DNA of 64,000 nucleotides, from IMG/VR virus record IMGVR_UViG_3300024308_000006, positions 931-64,930 of that record, one strand, 5' to 3'. The notes beneath the pieces were generated by a model. It had not been told where the DNA came from. It saw only the letters and a list, made by a program, of their open reading frames with translations, and searched no databases. Shown here in pieces: positions 53,431 to 62,447 of the stretch. Source of the DNA: a virus. Each line of letters starts with the position of its first letter. The first letter of the stretch is position 1. Both the position numbers and the translations under genes were made by a program.

Positions 53431-54489
53431 ATGTCTAACACAGCCGCAGTAACCACCATCGAGGAAATCAGCGCCGAGCGCGCCCCGGCGATCTACGGCC
53501 ACAACACCCTGGACGCCTTTGTCAGCGCCGCCCGTGAGGCGGTCAGCGGCGAAGTGCCCGACACCACTAGCCGCAAAGGCCGCGAGCGCATCGCCTCGCT
53601 GGCCGCCCAGGTCAGCCGCTCCAAGACGGCGGTAGAGAAGCCGGGCCGCGAGTACCTGAAACGCATCAAGGAGCTGCCCAAGGCTATCGAGGCCGAGCTG
53701 CGCGAGTTCGTGCAGCAGATGGACGCCCTGCGCGATGAGGTGCGCGCGCCGCTGGATGCCTGGGAGGCCGAGCAGGCCCGCATCCAGCGCGAGCTGGAAG
53801 AGCGCGAAGCCAGCATCGAGGCCGCCATAAAGCGCCTGCACCTGGCCTGCGTGACCAAGCCCGAGGACAACAGCGAAACGCTGACCCGTTACCTGCAGGC
53901 GCTGGAAGGCGAATATCGCGCCGCCGACTACGGCAACCGCGCCGATGAGGCCCAGGTGGTCTATCAGGCCAGCCGCGAATCGCTGCAGACCGCCCTGGCC
54001 CGCCAGCAGCAGTACGAGGCCGAGCAGGCTGAACTGGCCGAGCTGCGCCGCAAGCAGGCCGAAACCGAGCAGCGCGAGCGTGAGCGTGAGATTGCCGAGC
54101 AGGCCGCCCAGCAGGCCCGCCAGGAGGCCGAGCAGCGCGCCGAGGACGAGCGCATTGCAGCGGCCAACAAGGTGCGCGAGGCCGAAGAAGCCGCCAGGCG
54201 CGCAGAAGACGAGCGCCTGCGCCAGCAGGAAGAAAACGCCCGCCAACTCCGCGAAGCGGAAGAGCGCGCCGAGCGTGCGGCCGAGATAGCCCGCCAGGAG
54301 CAAGCAGCCGAGCGGCAGCGTATCGCCGACGAGGAGGCGCGCCGCAAAGCCAACAACGAGCACCGCCTGCGCATCCTGACCGCCGCCAAGGTGGCGATCA
54401 TGGACACCGGCATCACCGAGGATCAGGCCCGCGCCGTGGTGCGCCTGATCGCCCAGGGCAAGGTGCCGAACGTCACCGTCTCTTACTGA
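53431..54489 (+). CDS. coiled-coil protein of the recombination module (352 aa)
   Basis: Start trimmed to MSNTAAVTT. Long E/R/A/Q coiled coil. Sits immediately upstream of RecT. DUF1351-like by position only. Confidence 0.5.
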   Translation: MSNTAAVTTIEEISAERAPAIYGHNTLDAFVSAAREAVSGEVPDTTSRKGRERIASLAAQVSRSKTAVEKPGREYLKRIKELPKAIEAELREFVQQMDALRDEVRAPLDAWEAEQARIQRELEEREASIEAAIKRLHLACVTKPEDNSETLTRYLQALEGEYRAADYGNRADEAQVVYQASRESLQTALARQQQYEAEQAELAELRRKQAETEQREREREIAEQAAQQARQEAEQRAEDERIAAANKVREAEEAARRAEDERLRQQEENARQLREAEERAERAAEIARQEQAAERQRIADEEARRKANNEHRLRILTAAKVAIMDTGITEDQARAVVRLIAQGKVPNVTVSY

Positions 54490-54499
54490 GGGCCACGCC

Positions 54500-55420
54500 A
54501 TGAGCCAAGCAAATCTCGCCATCGTCGAAAAGGACGTTTACGGCTGCCGCGATGCCTTCGCGCAAGTCCTGGCCGACCCGGCGATCAACTTCGAGCGCGA
54601 GGCCGTGTTTGCCATGCAGGTTCTGTCGCGCAACGACTACACCCTCAAGGTCGCGGCCAACAACCGGCAGTCTGTGGCCGACGCCATTACCAACGTCGCC
54701 TCTATCGGCATCAGCCTGAACCCTGCGCGCAAGCAGGCGTATCTGGTGCCGCGCGACGGGAAAATCTGCCTCGACATTAGCTACATGGGGCTGATGGACT
54801 TGGCGATGGCCACCGGCTCGATCCTGTGGGCCAAGGCTGATCTGGTGTATGAGGCCGACCAGTTCGAGCTCAACGGCTTTGACCGCCCGCCGACGCACGG
54901 CTTCAAGCCGTTCGCCAAGGATCGCGGCGCCATCGTCGGCGTGTATGTGGTGGTCAAGACCGCCGACGGCGATTACCTCACCGAGGCGATGAGTCTCGAC
55001 GACGTGTACGCCATCCGCGACCGTTCAAGCGCCTGGAAGGCTTGGATCAAGGACAATAAGTCCTGCCCTTGGGTGACTGACGAGGGCGAGATGATCAAGA
55101 AAACCTGCGTGAAGCGCGCCTACAAATACTGGCCGAAAACGGATCGGCTGGAGCGCGCGATTCACTACCTCAACACCGATGGCGGCCAGGGTATCGACCT
55201 GCACAACCAGCAGAGCGCACCGAACCCCGCTGTCGGCGACATTTGGGTCGCCAAGGCCCAGGCCGCCGTCACGGCGGAAGAGCTCACCGCTGTCTGGACG
55301 CAAGGGGTTGCCGCCCTGCGCGCCGCCAAGGACATGCCCGGTTATGAACGCCTCAAGGCTGCCGTGGCGGCACAGGGCGAAATTCTCAAGCGTGAACCAC
55401 TCGAAGGAGAGTGCCAATGA
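54500..55420 (+). CDS. recT: RecT-family single-strand annealing protein
   Basis: ...NVASIGISLNPARKQAYLVPRDGKICLDISYMGLMDLA...GVYVVVKTADGDYLTEAMSLDDV...KKTCVKRAYKYWPK. Confidence 0.85.
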   Translation: MSQANLAIVEKDVYGCRDAFAQVLADPAINFEREAVFAMQVLSRNDYTLKVAANNRQSVADAITNVASIGISLNPARKQAYLVPRDGKICLDISYMGLMDLAMATGSILWAKADLVYEADQFELNGFDRPPTHGFKPFAKDRGAIVGVYVVVKTADGDYLTEAMSLDDVYAIRDRSSAWKAWIKDNKSCPWVTDEGEMIKKTCVKRAYKYWPKTDRLERAIHYLNTDGGQGIDLHNQQSAPNPAVGDIWVAKAQAAVTAEELTAVWTQGVAALRAAKDMPGYERLKAAVAAQGEILKREPLEGECQ

Positions 55421-56187
55421 AACTGATCGAATGCGAACAGGGCAGCGCTGAATGGCACGCTGCCCGCGCCGGCTGCATCACTGCCTCGATGTTCGAGACG
55501 GCGCGCAGCCAGGTTGGCGGCCTGACCAGCCAGCAGAAAATCTACGTCGATGCGATCCGCCTCGGCGGGCACAGCGAGAAGAAGGCGATGGAGCTCGCCG
55601 GCTACAAGGCTGCGCCCAAGTCCGAAACCGTCGCCCGCGCCCTGGACGGCGAGAAGGTCGGCGAGCCCAGCGAGGCGGCCAAGAATTACGCCTTCAACCT
55701 GGCAGTTGAGCGCATCAGCGGCCAGCCGCTCGATGGTGGGTTTGAAACCTGGCAGATGAAGCGCGGGCATGAGCTGGAGCCCGAAGCCCGGATGGAGCAC
55801 GAAATTCAGACCGGCCTGGTGGTCATGCGCGCCGGCTTCGTCACCACCGACGACGGCTGTTTCGGTGCCAGCGCCGACGGCTTGATCGGCGAGGATGGCG
55901 GCAGCGAATACAAGTGCTTCCTGGCCCCGGAAAAGCTACGCGCCTTCCACATCGACAACGACGCCTCCGGCATCTTCGATCAGGTGCAGGGCTGCATGTG
56001 GATCACCGGCCGCAAGTTTTGGCACATCGGGCTGTACTGTCCCGCCCTGGCGGCAGTCGGCCGCCAGCTCTGGTGGCAGGAGTTCAAGCGCGACGAGGCG
56101 TTCATCGAGCAGCTGGAGCAAGACCTGTGGGGCTTCAAGCTGCTGGTCGACGAGTACGAAACCGCACTCAGGAAGAAGGCCGCATGA
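55417..56187 (+). CDS. YqaJ/lambda-Exo-type recombination exonuclease
   Basis: Start at ATG 55417 (SD AAGGAG, ATGA overlap with RecT). MKLIECEQGSAEWHAARAGCITASMF...GASADGLIG...GSEYKC. Confidence 0.8.
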   Translation: MKLIECEQGSAEWHAARAGCITASMFETARSQVGGLTSQQKIYVDAIRLGGHSEKKAMELAGYKAAPKSETVARALDGEKVGEPSEAAKNYAFNLAVERISGQPLDGGFETWQMKRGHELEPEARMEHEIQTGLVVMRAGFVTTDDGCFGASADGLIGEDGGSEYKCFLAPEKLRAFHIDNDASGIFDQVQGCMWITGRKFWHIGLYCPALAAVGRQLWWQEFKRDEAFIEQLEQDLWGFKLLVDEYETALRKKAA

Positions 56188-56513
56188 GAACCCACATCGT
56201 CGCCACCTACCGCCACCGCGTTGCGCGTGTGGCAGTGACCGAGATTACCCACTTCGTCAGCGGCGACAAGTACGTCACCGCCCACTATCCGGGCGGCGAG
56301 CTGGTCATCGAGGACAAGATGAAGGATCTCGAACTGGAGTTCCCCGACTTCATCCGCACGCACCGCTTCGCCCTGGCCCGCCGCTCGCTGATCCGCGAGT
56401 ACACCAGCCTCGACCGTAAGACCGGCGAGGTTCGCCTGCACGGGGTTAGCGCCCCGCTGCCGGTGAGCCTGTCGCGCATCAGTGCCGTGAAGGCGCTGTT
56501 TGCCGAGGCGTAG
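56184..56513 (+). CDS. stand-alone LytTR DNA-binding domain protein (109 aa)
   Basis: VAVTEITHFVSGDKYVTAHYPGGELVIEDKMKDLELEFPDFIRTHRFALARRSLIREY matches the LytTR pattern. There is no receiver domain. Confidence 0.7.
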   Translation: MRTHIVATYRHRVARVAVTEITHFVSGDKYVTAHYPGGELVIEDKMKDLELEFPDFIRTHRFALARRSLIREYTSLDRKTGEVRLHGVSAPLPVSLSRISAVKALFAEA

Positions 56514-56574
56514 ACGGCCTACCCCAACTCACCCAGGGCGCTTCAAGCGCCCTTTTCTTTGCCCGGACTTTCCC

Positions 56575-56778
56575 ATGCACGACAACAAGTACGACCGCAT
56601 CAACACCCTGGCCAGCAAAGAGGCCGACCGCAACAGCGTGGCGGATCGCGTCGCCGCCTTCCTCGCCGCCGGCGGCAAGGTTCAGCCAGTCGACCACACC
56701 GCCAACCAATGCAACCGGCCCGGCTACGGCCGCAAGCTCTCGGCGCTCACCATCAGCCGCAAGAGGCTGACCGCATGA
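56575..56778 (+). CDS. hypothetical protein (67 aa)
   Basis: Start trimmed to MHDNKYDRINTL. Confidence 0.45.
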   Translation: MHDNKYDRINTLASKEADRNSVADRVAAFLAAGGKVQPVDHTANQCNRPGYGRKLSALTISRKRLTA

Positions 56779-56981
56779 GCGCCGGATTTCAGACCACCGA
56801 GGAACTGCAGACTCAGCTGCGCGCCGATCAGGACAGCCTGAACCGGCTGCAGAAAGCCGAGCCGGGCTGGCGCATCGCCGACCGCCCGCGCGGGCTGAGC
56901 AACATCCACCGTCTGCGCAACCGTATCGCCGTAACAGAAGCCGAATTGAACATGGCCACTGGCCGTAGGGGGAAAGCATGA
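56775..56981 (+). CDS. hypothetical protein (68 aa)
   Basis: MSAGFQTTEELQTQL... ATGA overlaps on both sides. Confidence 0.45.
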   Translation: MSAGFQTTEELQTQLRADQDSLNRLQKAEPGWRIADRPRGLSNIHRLRNRIAVTEAELNMATGRRGKA

Positions 56982-58108
56982 AGCTGATTAAGAACGCTCT
57001 GATCTACCGCGCCAGCCTGCCGGATGCCGCCGCCCTGGCGGAACACCTGGCAGAGAAACCCTTTGTTCCGGTGCCGGAGTCGCACGCTTCGTCGTCCGGC
57101 TTTATCCCGCACCCCACCACTGAGAAGCTGGTGAGCCCCTTCCCTGGCGGCTTCGCCTTCCGCCTGCGCCGCGACTTCAAGCCTGTCTCGAAGAGCGCTG
57201 TTCGCCTGGCCCTGGCCGAAACCGTGGCCGCCCAGCAGGCCGACATGGGCCGCGAGCTGACCAAGGAAGAAGTCGAGACGCTGCACGCCGAGATTTTCGA
57301 GGAAGCGCTGAAAACCACTCTCCCAGAGCGCGCCGAGGTCGATGCCTTCTACCACATCGAAAGCCGCACGCTCATTCTCGCCACCACCAACAAGGACATG
57401 GCCAACGCCATGCTCTACCAGTTGATCGAAGCCTGCGGCGCGGTGGAAACCAGCACCATCCACGTCAGCGACGTGAAAGGTGGGCTGACGACACGCCTGA
57501 CCCAATACTTCGTCAACGATGACCGCGAGGCTTTCACCGGGTTTAGCCTGGGCGATTCCGTGGTGATGAAGGGCAAGCACGGCCGCGCCAGCTTCGACCT
57601 GGACAACCTGGACAATGCCCGTCGCGGCGTCGTCGAAGCCCTGGACGGCGAAATGCAGGCCGAGCGCCTGGAGCTGTGTCACGCAGACGCCGTGACCTTC
57701 AAGCTGACCAAGGAGTTCCAGCTTCGTGGCATCGACTTCCACGCCCGCGAGGATGAGGAAGAGCCCGACTTCGATACCGTCGCCGAGCTGTGGGAGCACA
57801 CGGCCGGCGTGCATGTCCTGCTCCTGGCCGCCGTTGTGCAGGCGCTGTGCGATCTGTTCGGCTATCAGGAAAAGCCGTTGCCGGCGACCGACACCGCGCA
57901 AGCTGCAGAACCTGCCGCCGAAGAAGAGGCCGATCCGCTGTATCAGGAGGGCGTCGCCTTCGTGCGCGAGTCGAAGCGCGCCAGTGTCAGCGCCGTCCAG
58001 CGCAAGCTCAAGATCGGCTACAACCGCGCCGCTCGCATGATCGAGGAAATGGAGCGCCTGGGCATCGTCACGCCGATGGCCTCGGACGGTAGCCGCTCCG
58101 TGATCTAG
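56978..58108 (+). CDS. RdgC-like protein fused to a C-terminal FtsK-gamma winged-helix domain
   Basis: N-terminus MKLIKNALIYRASLP... is RdgC-like. C-terminus DPLYQEGVAFVRESKRASVSAVQRKLKIGYNRAARMIEEMERLGIVTPMASDGSRSVI matches FtsK gamma (DPLF..AV.FV...KAS.S.VQR...IGYNRAAR.IE.ME..GIV). Confidence 0.75.
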   Translation: MKLIKNALIYRASLPDAAALAEHLAEKPFVPVPESHASSSGFIPHPTTEKLVSPFPGGFAFRLRRDFKPVSKSAVRLALAETVAAQQADMGRELTKEEVETLHAEIFEEALKTTLPERAEVDAFYHIESRTLILATTNKDMANAMLYQLIEACGAVETSTIHVSDVKGGLTTRLTQYFVNDDREAFTGFSLGDSVVMKGKHGRASFDLDNLDNARRGVVEALDGEMQAERLELCHADAVTFKLTKEFQLRGIDFHAREDEEEPDFDTVAELWEHTAGVHVLLLAAVVQALCDLFGYQEKPLPATDTAQAAEPAAEEEADPLYQEGVAFVRESKRASVSAVQRKLKIGYNRAARMIEEMERLGIVTPMASDGSRSVI

Positions 58109-58202
58109 CCACCCTGCCCGGCTTGCAGCCTGCAGCCTGGCTTCCATGCCCACCATCCCCGCCGTAGGCGCGGCAGGGATTTGCTCGCGCTGGAGAAAAC
58201 AC

Positions 58203-58391
58203 ATGCAAGAGGTTATCTACGCCGGCCTGCGCAATCCTGGCCGCGATCAAGCGATCTACCAGGCGCTGGCCCTCAAGTCTGCGGCCGAGGTGGCAGAGCA
58301 GTTCGAGTGCTCGCTGAGCACCGTCCGCGCCGCCGGCAAGCGCATTGCGGCGCTCGACATATTCACTCTGACGCTGGAGGGGGGGGGGTAA
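58203..58391 (+). CDS. small HTH protein ending in a G10 tract (62 aa as written)
   Basis: ATG 58203 with SD GGAGA. ...SAAEVAEQFECSLSTVRAAGKRIAAL... The TAA stop immediately follows the poly-G run. Confidence 0.5.
   Translation: MQEVIYAGLRNPGRDQAIYQALALKSAAEVAEQFECSLSTVRAAGKRIAALDIFTLTLEGGG
58379..58388. repeat. homopolymeric G10 tract
   Basis: Direct count at 58379-58388. Confidence 0.95.
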
Positions 58392-58632
58392 AGCCATCCG
58401 CATTGGCCCGGTTGCGGCCAAGTCCTTCCGGCGCGCAGCGCTGGGCGCCTATCGCCACTACTGCGGCACCTTCCGCAATCTCGATCTTTCCATCTGGTCG
58501 CTGACCGACGGCAAGAGTCGCATCGCAATCACTGACCTGCGCGCCATCGATGCTGGCGTGCTCTCTGTCGAAGATGCCGAGTGACACCCTGCCCGGCCGC
58601 CATCCTTGCCCGATGCGCGGCCGGCGGGTGAA

Positions 58633-58830
58633 TCAGGATAGCTGAGCTTCCAAATGTGCCAGGTAGTCAACCGCGGCCGTTTTCTGAGTAGGCCCGCCAG
58701 GGCCGTCGCTACCCATGATGGAAGCATGAGCATCCTCGAAAACCTGCTTGGCCTGCAGCGTCATCTTTGAGCGCCGCAGTAAAGCCAGTAGTAAATGCTC
58801 AACCGCATCAACCTGTGCCTGATTGTCCAT
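58633..58830 (-). CDS. hypothetical 65-aa protein on the opposite strand within the early operon
   Basis: ORF-track ORF with a strong SD (AAGGAG, 6-nt spacer) before ATG 58830. Convergent with the HTH/G10 unit. A GC hairpin (about 58594-58625) lies between the two. Confidence 0.5.
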   Translation of the reverse strand: MDNQAQVDAVEHLLLALLRRSKMTLQAKQVFEDAHASIMGSDGPGGPTQKTAAVDYLAHLEAQLS

Positions 58831-58912
58831 TCAAATCTCCTTATCCCGGCCCCATGCCGGCCCCCGACCCTACCCCATCCCCACATTCACGCCAACTGGC
58901 GAGGGACAAGCC

Positions 58913-59578
58913 ATGCCCGCTGAAAACTCTGGCACCGCAGACTTCCTGCGTGATGTCGCCACTCACGAGCTCACCATCATCCGCAACGACGGGCTTTACC
59001 GGCACCTGCGCTTCAAGCGCCCCGGGTCGTCCTGCATGTACTTCGACCTGATCACCTGGCCCGGCCACCTCTGCTACACCGGCGACATGGGCACCTATGT
59101 ATTCAGCCGCATCAGCGACATGCTCGAGTTCTTCCGCCGCGACACCGAGAGCGAAGAGCTGCCGATCAATCCGAGCTATTGGTCGGAGAAGGTGCAGGCC
59201 ACCGACGGCGGGCGCCATCCTGGCTGCGTGTTCGAGTACGACCACGGCAAGTACCTGGCCGTGGTGAATGAATACCTGGCCGACTGGCTTGAAGGACTGA
59301 GCGAAGATCATCAGGAAGAACTGAAAGAAGCCGTGCAGGACGACGTGCTTAGCCTGGCTGATGACCATGACGAGCACGGTAACTACAGCCGCGCGTATGG
59401 GTTCTCGACTGAGGTCGGCGGCCAAACATACCAGTTCACCGACTTCTTCGAGCGCAGCATGCGCCGCTTCACTGACCGCTATATCTGGTGCTGTCGCGCG
59501 CTTGTGTGGGGAATCGAAAAGTACGATGCCGCGATGCTGCCGGCCGGGATCGACAGCGAAGGCGGCAGCCATGATTAA
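58913..59578 (+). CDS. hypothetical early protein (221 aa)
   Basis: Start trimmed to MPAENSGTADFLRDV (SD GAGGGA). Confidence 0.6.
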   Translation: MPAENSGTADFLRDVATHELTIIRNDGLYRHLRFKRPGSSCMYFDLITWPGHLCYTGDMGTYVFSRISDMLEFFRRDTESEELPINPSYWSEKVQATDGGRHPGCVFEYDHGKYLAVVNEYLADWLEGLSEDHQEELKEAVQDDVLSLADDHDEHGNYSRAYGFSTEVGGQTYQFTDFFERSMRRFTDRYIWCCRALVWGIEKYDAAMLPAGIDSEGGSHD

Positions 59579-59996
59579 CGCACCAATGATTGATAAAGCT
59601 CTTTCCGCAATCGTCCGGCAAGAGCGGGCCATGCAAGAGGTGGCCAGTCTCAGGCGCGAAATTGGCCAAGCTCTCGCAGCCTGCCCTGTGAGCATCGAGC
59701 TAGCCCGCTGGGAAACATCGAACGCCCGCCGAGCCGAACTGACTGACCCGAACGGCAGGCCGAAGACCCATATCTGGGAGGCGCTGAACTTCACCGACAT
59801 AGGCGGTCACGGCTACCCGGTGCGCCTGGATATTAACGAAATCGCCGACTTCCTGGCTGATGCAGACGAGTGCGAGCACTGCCAGCGCGCCTGGGCGCTG
59901 ATCTTGAAGCGAAAGTGCGTCAGGCAGGAGCTAGGCGCTGCCAAACGCGCCATTCGCAGCCTTGGCCGGGCAGCATTGAAGCGAGAAAGCCAGTGA
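59571..59996 (+). CDS. hypothetical early protein (141 aa)
   Basis: Start trimmed to MINAPMIDKAL. 8-nt overlap upstream. Confidence 0.55.
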   Translation: MINAPMIDKALSAIVRQERAMQEVASLRREIGQALAACPVSIELARWETSNARRAELTDPNGRPKTHIWEALNFTDIGGHGYPVRLDINEIADFLADADECEHCQRAWALILKRKCVRQELGAAKRAIRSLGRAALKRESQ

Positions 59997-60107
59997 TCCC
60001 GCTCCAACCCATCTGCCGCGACACCCGCCTGCCCTACCCCTGCGGCTGCAAGCGCTGCAATCCAAACTGACCTGAGCGCCGACCGGCGCAGATATGGAGC
60101 TAAGCCA

Positions 60108-61004
60108 ATGAGCATGAAAGAAGAGTTCAGCAGCATCGACATGGCCACGGCTGCGGCCGATGGGTTTCGGGATGGAGTGGCGAGCGTTGCAAATTCGGAG
60201 AGCCCGAATAATCAGGCCGACAGCGCCGCGCAATCTGCGCTGGCAGGGGAGCGCGAGCCAGTGGCGTATGTGCTGACCCGCGATGGAGAAGTCTGCTACG
60301 AGGCGGATGACGGCATAGTGATCAGCAATGTCCCAGGAGACGAAACTGACCTGTACAAGTGGCGCCCCGTTTACTTCGGTGCCCACTGGCAGCGCGCCAA
60401 GCCCGACCATAGCGCGCAACAGCTCGGGATGGTGCCGGATGCCCTGCGCGAAGCCGTCGAGTATCTGGACGATAACCCGTTCAATGAAATCGGCGCTGGC
60501 TCAATCCTGCATCGGGCGATGCGCGACGCACTAAACGCCCCGCAGCCTTCCGCCCAGCCTGAGCCAGCAGCGCAGGGTGAGTTCGGCGACGCCTACCAGG
60601 GCGCCCGCGAAGACCTGGCTATCTGGAAGCGCCGCGCTCTGGAGGCCGAGGAAAAGGTGCGGAATCAGGAGCAGATCATCGACCGCCTGACGCTTGAGGC
60701 TCAAGGCGACACTCGATTCGGGGAGCCCTCCCTGCCGGCTGCTGGATTGGCTGTGGAAGAGGTGGAGGTGGTGGCGTGGATGTGGCTCGACCTGAATGGC
60801 GACATGCAATTCAACAACAAGAACCCGCTGATGACCGTAGCCCAGCACGAGCGCATTGTCGCCGCCTTTTCCGCGCAGCAGTCCGCGCATGTGAGCGTGC
60901 CGAGGGAGCTGCTGGAGCGAACCATCTGCCGGCTGACCCACGGCCACGAACACGATAAGGCTGTGCGCGAACTCCGCGCCCTTCTCAATGGGGGTGAGGC
61001 ATGA
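60108..61004 (+). CDS. hypothetical early protein (298 aa)
   Basis: ORF-track ORF with SD GGAG. Confidence 0.6.
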   Translation: MSMKEEFSSIDMATAAADGFRDGVASVANSESPNNQADSAAQSALAGEREPVAYVLTRDGEVCYEADDGIVISNVPGDETDLYKWRPVYFGAHWQRAKPDHSAQQLGMVPDALREAVEYLDDNPFNEIGAGSILHRAMRDALNAPQPSAQPEPAAQGEFGDAYQGAREDLAIWKRRALEAEEKVRNQEQIIDRLTLEAQGDTRFGEPSLPAAGLAVEEVEVVAWMWLDLNGDMQFNNKNPLMTVAQHERIVAAFSAQQSAHVSVPRELLERTICRLTHGHEHDKAVRELRALLNGGEA

Positions 61005-61234
61005 GCGACTTCGAGCGAGAGGTAAGCGAAAGCGCGCGTGGATGGATGCGCACGCTTGGCCACTTCGCCCCAACGATCAACCCGGATAACCGAGAGGTCA
61101 AGGGGTCGATGCTTGGCGAATACGGAGACGCCGAGAAAACATATTTCAGCAGCTCGGAACTGCGCGAGCTGGCGGCGGCCTGTTTAGAGGTCGCGGATTG
61201 GCTGGATAAGCGCGCAGCAGGAGAACAGAAATGA
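61001..61234 (+). CDS. hypothetical protein (77 aa)
   Basis: ORF-track ORF with an ATGA overlap. Confidence 0.5.
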   Translation: MSDFEREVSESARGWMRTLGHFAPTINPDNREVKGSMLGEYGDAEKTYFSSSELRELAAACLEVADWLDKRAAGEQK

Positions 61235-61413
61235 GCGGGACAATCACAATGACCGGCGAGGAATACGACGCCCTGCACGCAGAGGTCGAGGCGCTGCGGG
61301 CACAGCGAGATAAAATGGCACAAATACTGCGCGATTTGTTTCCTGGCTGTAAGTGGCGATTCATGCGCCCGCGCATCGACGCGGCACTAGCGGAGATTGA
61401 CAATGGGAACTAA
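61231..61413 (+). CDS. hypothetical protein (60 aa)
   Basis: ORF-track ORF with an ATGA overlap. Confidence 0.45.
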   Translation: MSGTITMTGEEYDALHAEVEALRAQRDKMAQILRDLFPGCKWRFMRPRIDAALAEIDNGN

Positions 61414-62002
61414 CAGCTACATCACCAAATTGAAGGCACAGCTTGATCAGGCGATCATCCAGCGCGAGCACTGGAAGCAACTGGCAGAAAACCGCAATAG
61501 CATCGTCGTGACGGAAGTTTGCCCGGAGTCGCGCAGCGTTGAGGAATACATCATTGATGCTGATAGCGTGAGGGCATCATGGCGACTGATACGCAGCTAT
61601 CGAGAGCAGATCGAGGCGCTGCAGGCGGCACTACTCGGTATCGCATCTGTAAACCCAGCGGAGCGCGGCATCGAGTGGGCAAAATCATATGCAAGTGACG
61701 GCCTCAAGGGCGCGGGTAGCGATCTGTACGCGCGCTGGCTTGATACGTTCAAAGAGGCCGAGGCGCTGCGGGCTGAGAATGGGCGGCTGGCAGATGCGCT
61801 AGACCGCCAGTCGGTCATCACTGGCGACTACATCGCCCGCTGCCAGCGGCTTGCGGACGAGTTGGCAATAACCCGTCGCGTGATCGACCGCATTGGCCAG
61901 CTCTGCACGACGCCGCATGAATCGAAGGAGCGCTTCATCCGGCGCGTCCAGTCTGTGATCGAGTGGGAAGCCCAGGCGCTCAGCGCCGAGGCGTCACCAT
62001 GA
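61403..62002 (+). CDS. hypothetical coiled-coil protein (199 aa)
   Basis: ATG 61403 with SD GGAG. Confidence 0.55.
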   Translation: MGTNSYITKLKAQLDQAIIQREHWKQLAENRNSIVVTEVCPESRSVEEYIIDADSVRASWRLIRSYREQIEALQAALLGIASVNPAERGIEWAKSYASDGLKGAGSDLYARWLDTFKEAEALRAENGRLADALDRQSVITGDYIARCQRLADELAITRRVIDRIGQLCTTPHESKERFIRRVQSVIEWEAQALSAEASP

Positions 62003-62379
62003 GCGTATGGCGCCACATTACCCACCCCGACGGGATGACCGTCAGCCTGCTGGTCGCGGCCACCGGCCTGAGCGCGGAGCAGGTGCGCGCCGAGCTGCGC
62101 GCCCTGGAGCAAAGCGGAAAGGCATGCCGCGAGCGCGCGCCTATCGGAAAGGAGCATCTGTGGTGGCGCGCAACACACCGCCCGCTGTGCGACTTAACGG
62201 TGATCACGGCAATGGGCCTGGCAGCCAGGCTCCACCCTACCCCGAGCGCACTGCGCGCCGTGCTGCAAAGGCTCAGCACGCGCGCCGCCAATCCCGCCAT
62301 CCGGCAAATCCTGTCCTTGTCGTCTACGGCAAAGCATCCGCACCGCATCGTGGCTGACGCTGTTTCCCGCTGCGCCTAG
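61999..62379 (+). CDS. hypothetical winged-helix-like protein (126 aa)
   Basis: Start trimmed to MSVWRHITHPDGMTVSLLVAATGLSAEQVRAELRALEQSGKA. ATGA overlap. Confidence 0.5.
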   Translation: MSVWRHITHPDGMTVSLLVAATGLSAEQVRAELRALEQSGKACRERAPIGKEHLWWRATHRPLCDLTVITAMGLAARLHPTPSALRAVLQRLSTRAANPAIRQILSLSSTAKHPHRIVADAVSRCA

Positions 62380-62447
62380 CCCTGTAACCCCTCGCAATCC
62401 TGAACCCTTGATCTTGCCTGGCGCTGCCGGGCCAGTGAGGTATACCT

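Noticed and set aside
53221-58204. Minus-strand ORFs of 433 aa (53221-54522) and 458 aa (56828-58204).
   Set aside because: They are antisense to the coiled-coil gene and the RdgC-FtsK-gamma gene, which have clear family signatures. Their composition is artefact-like.
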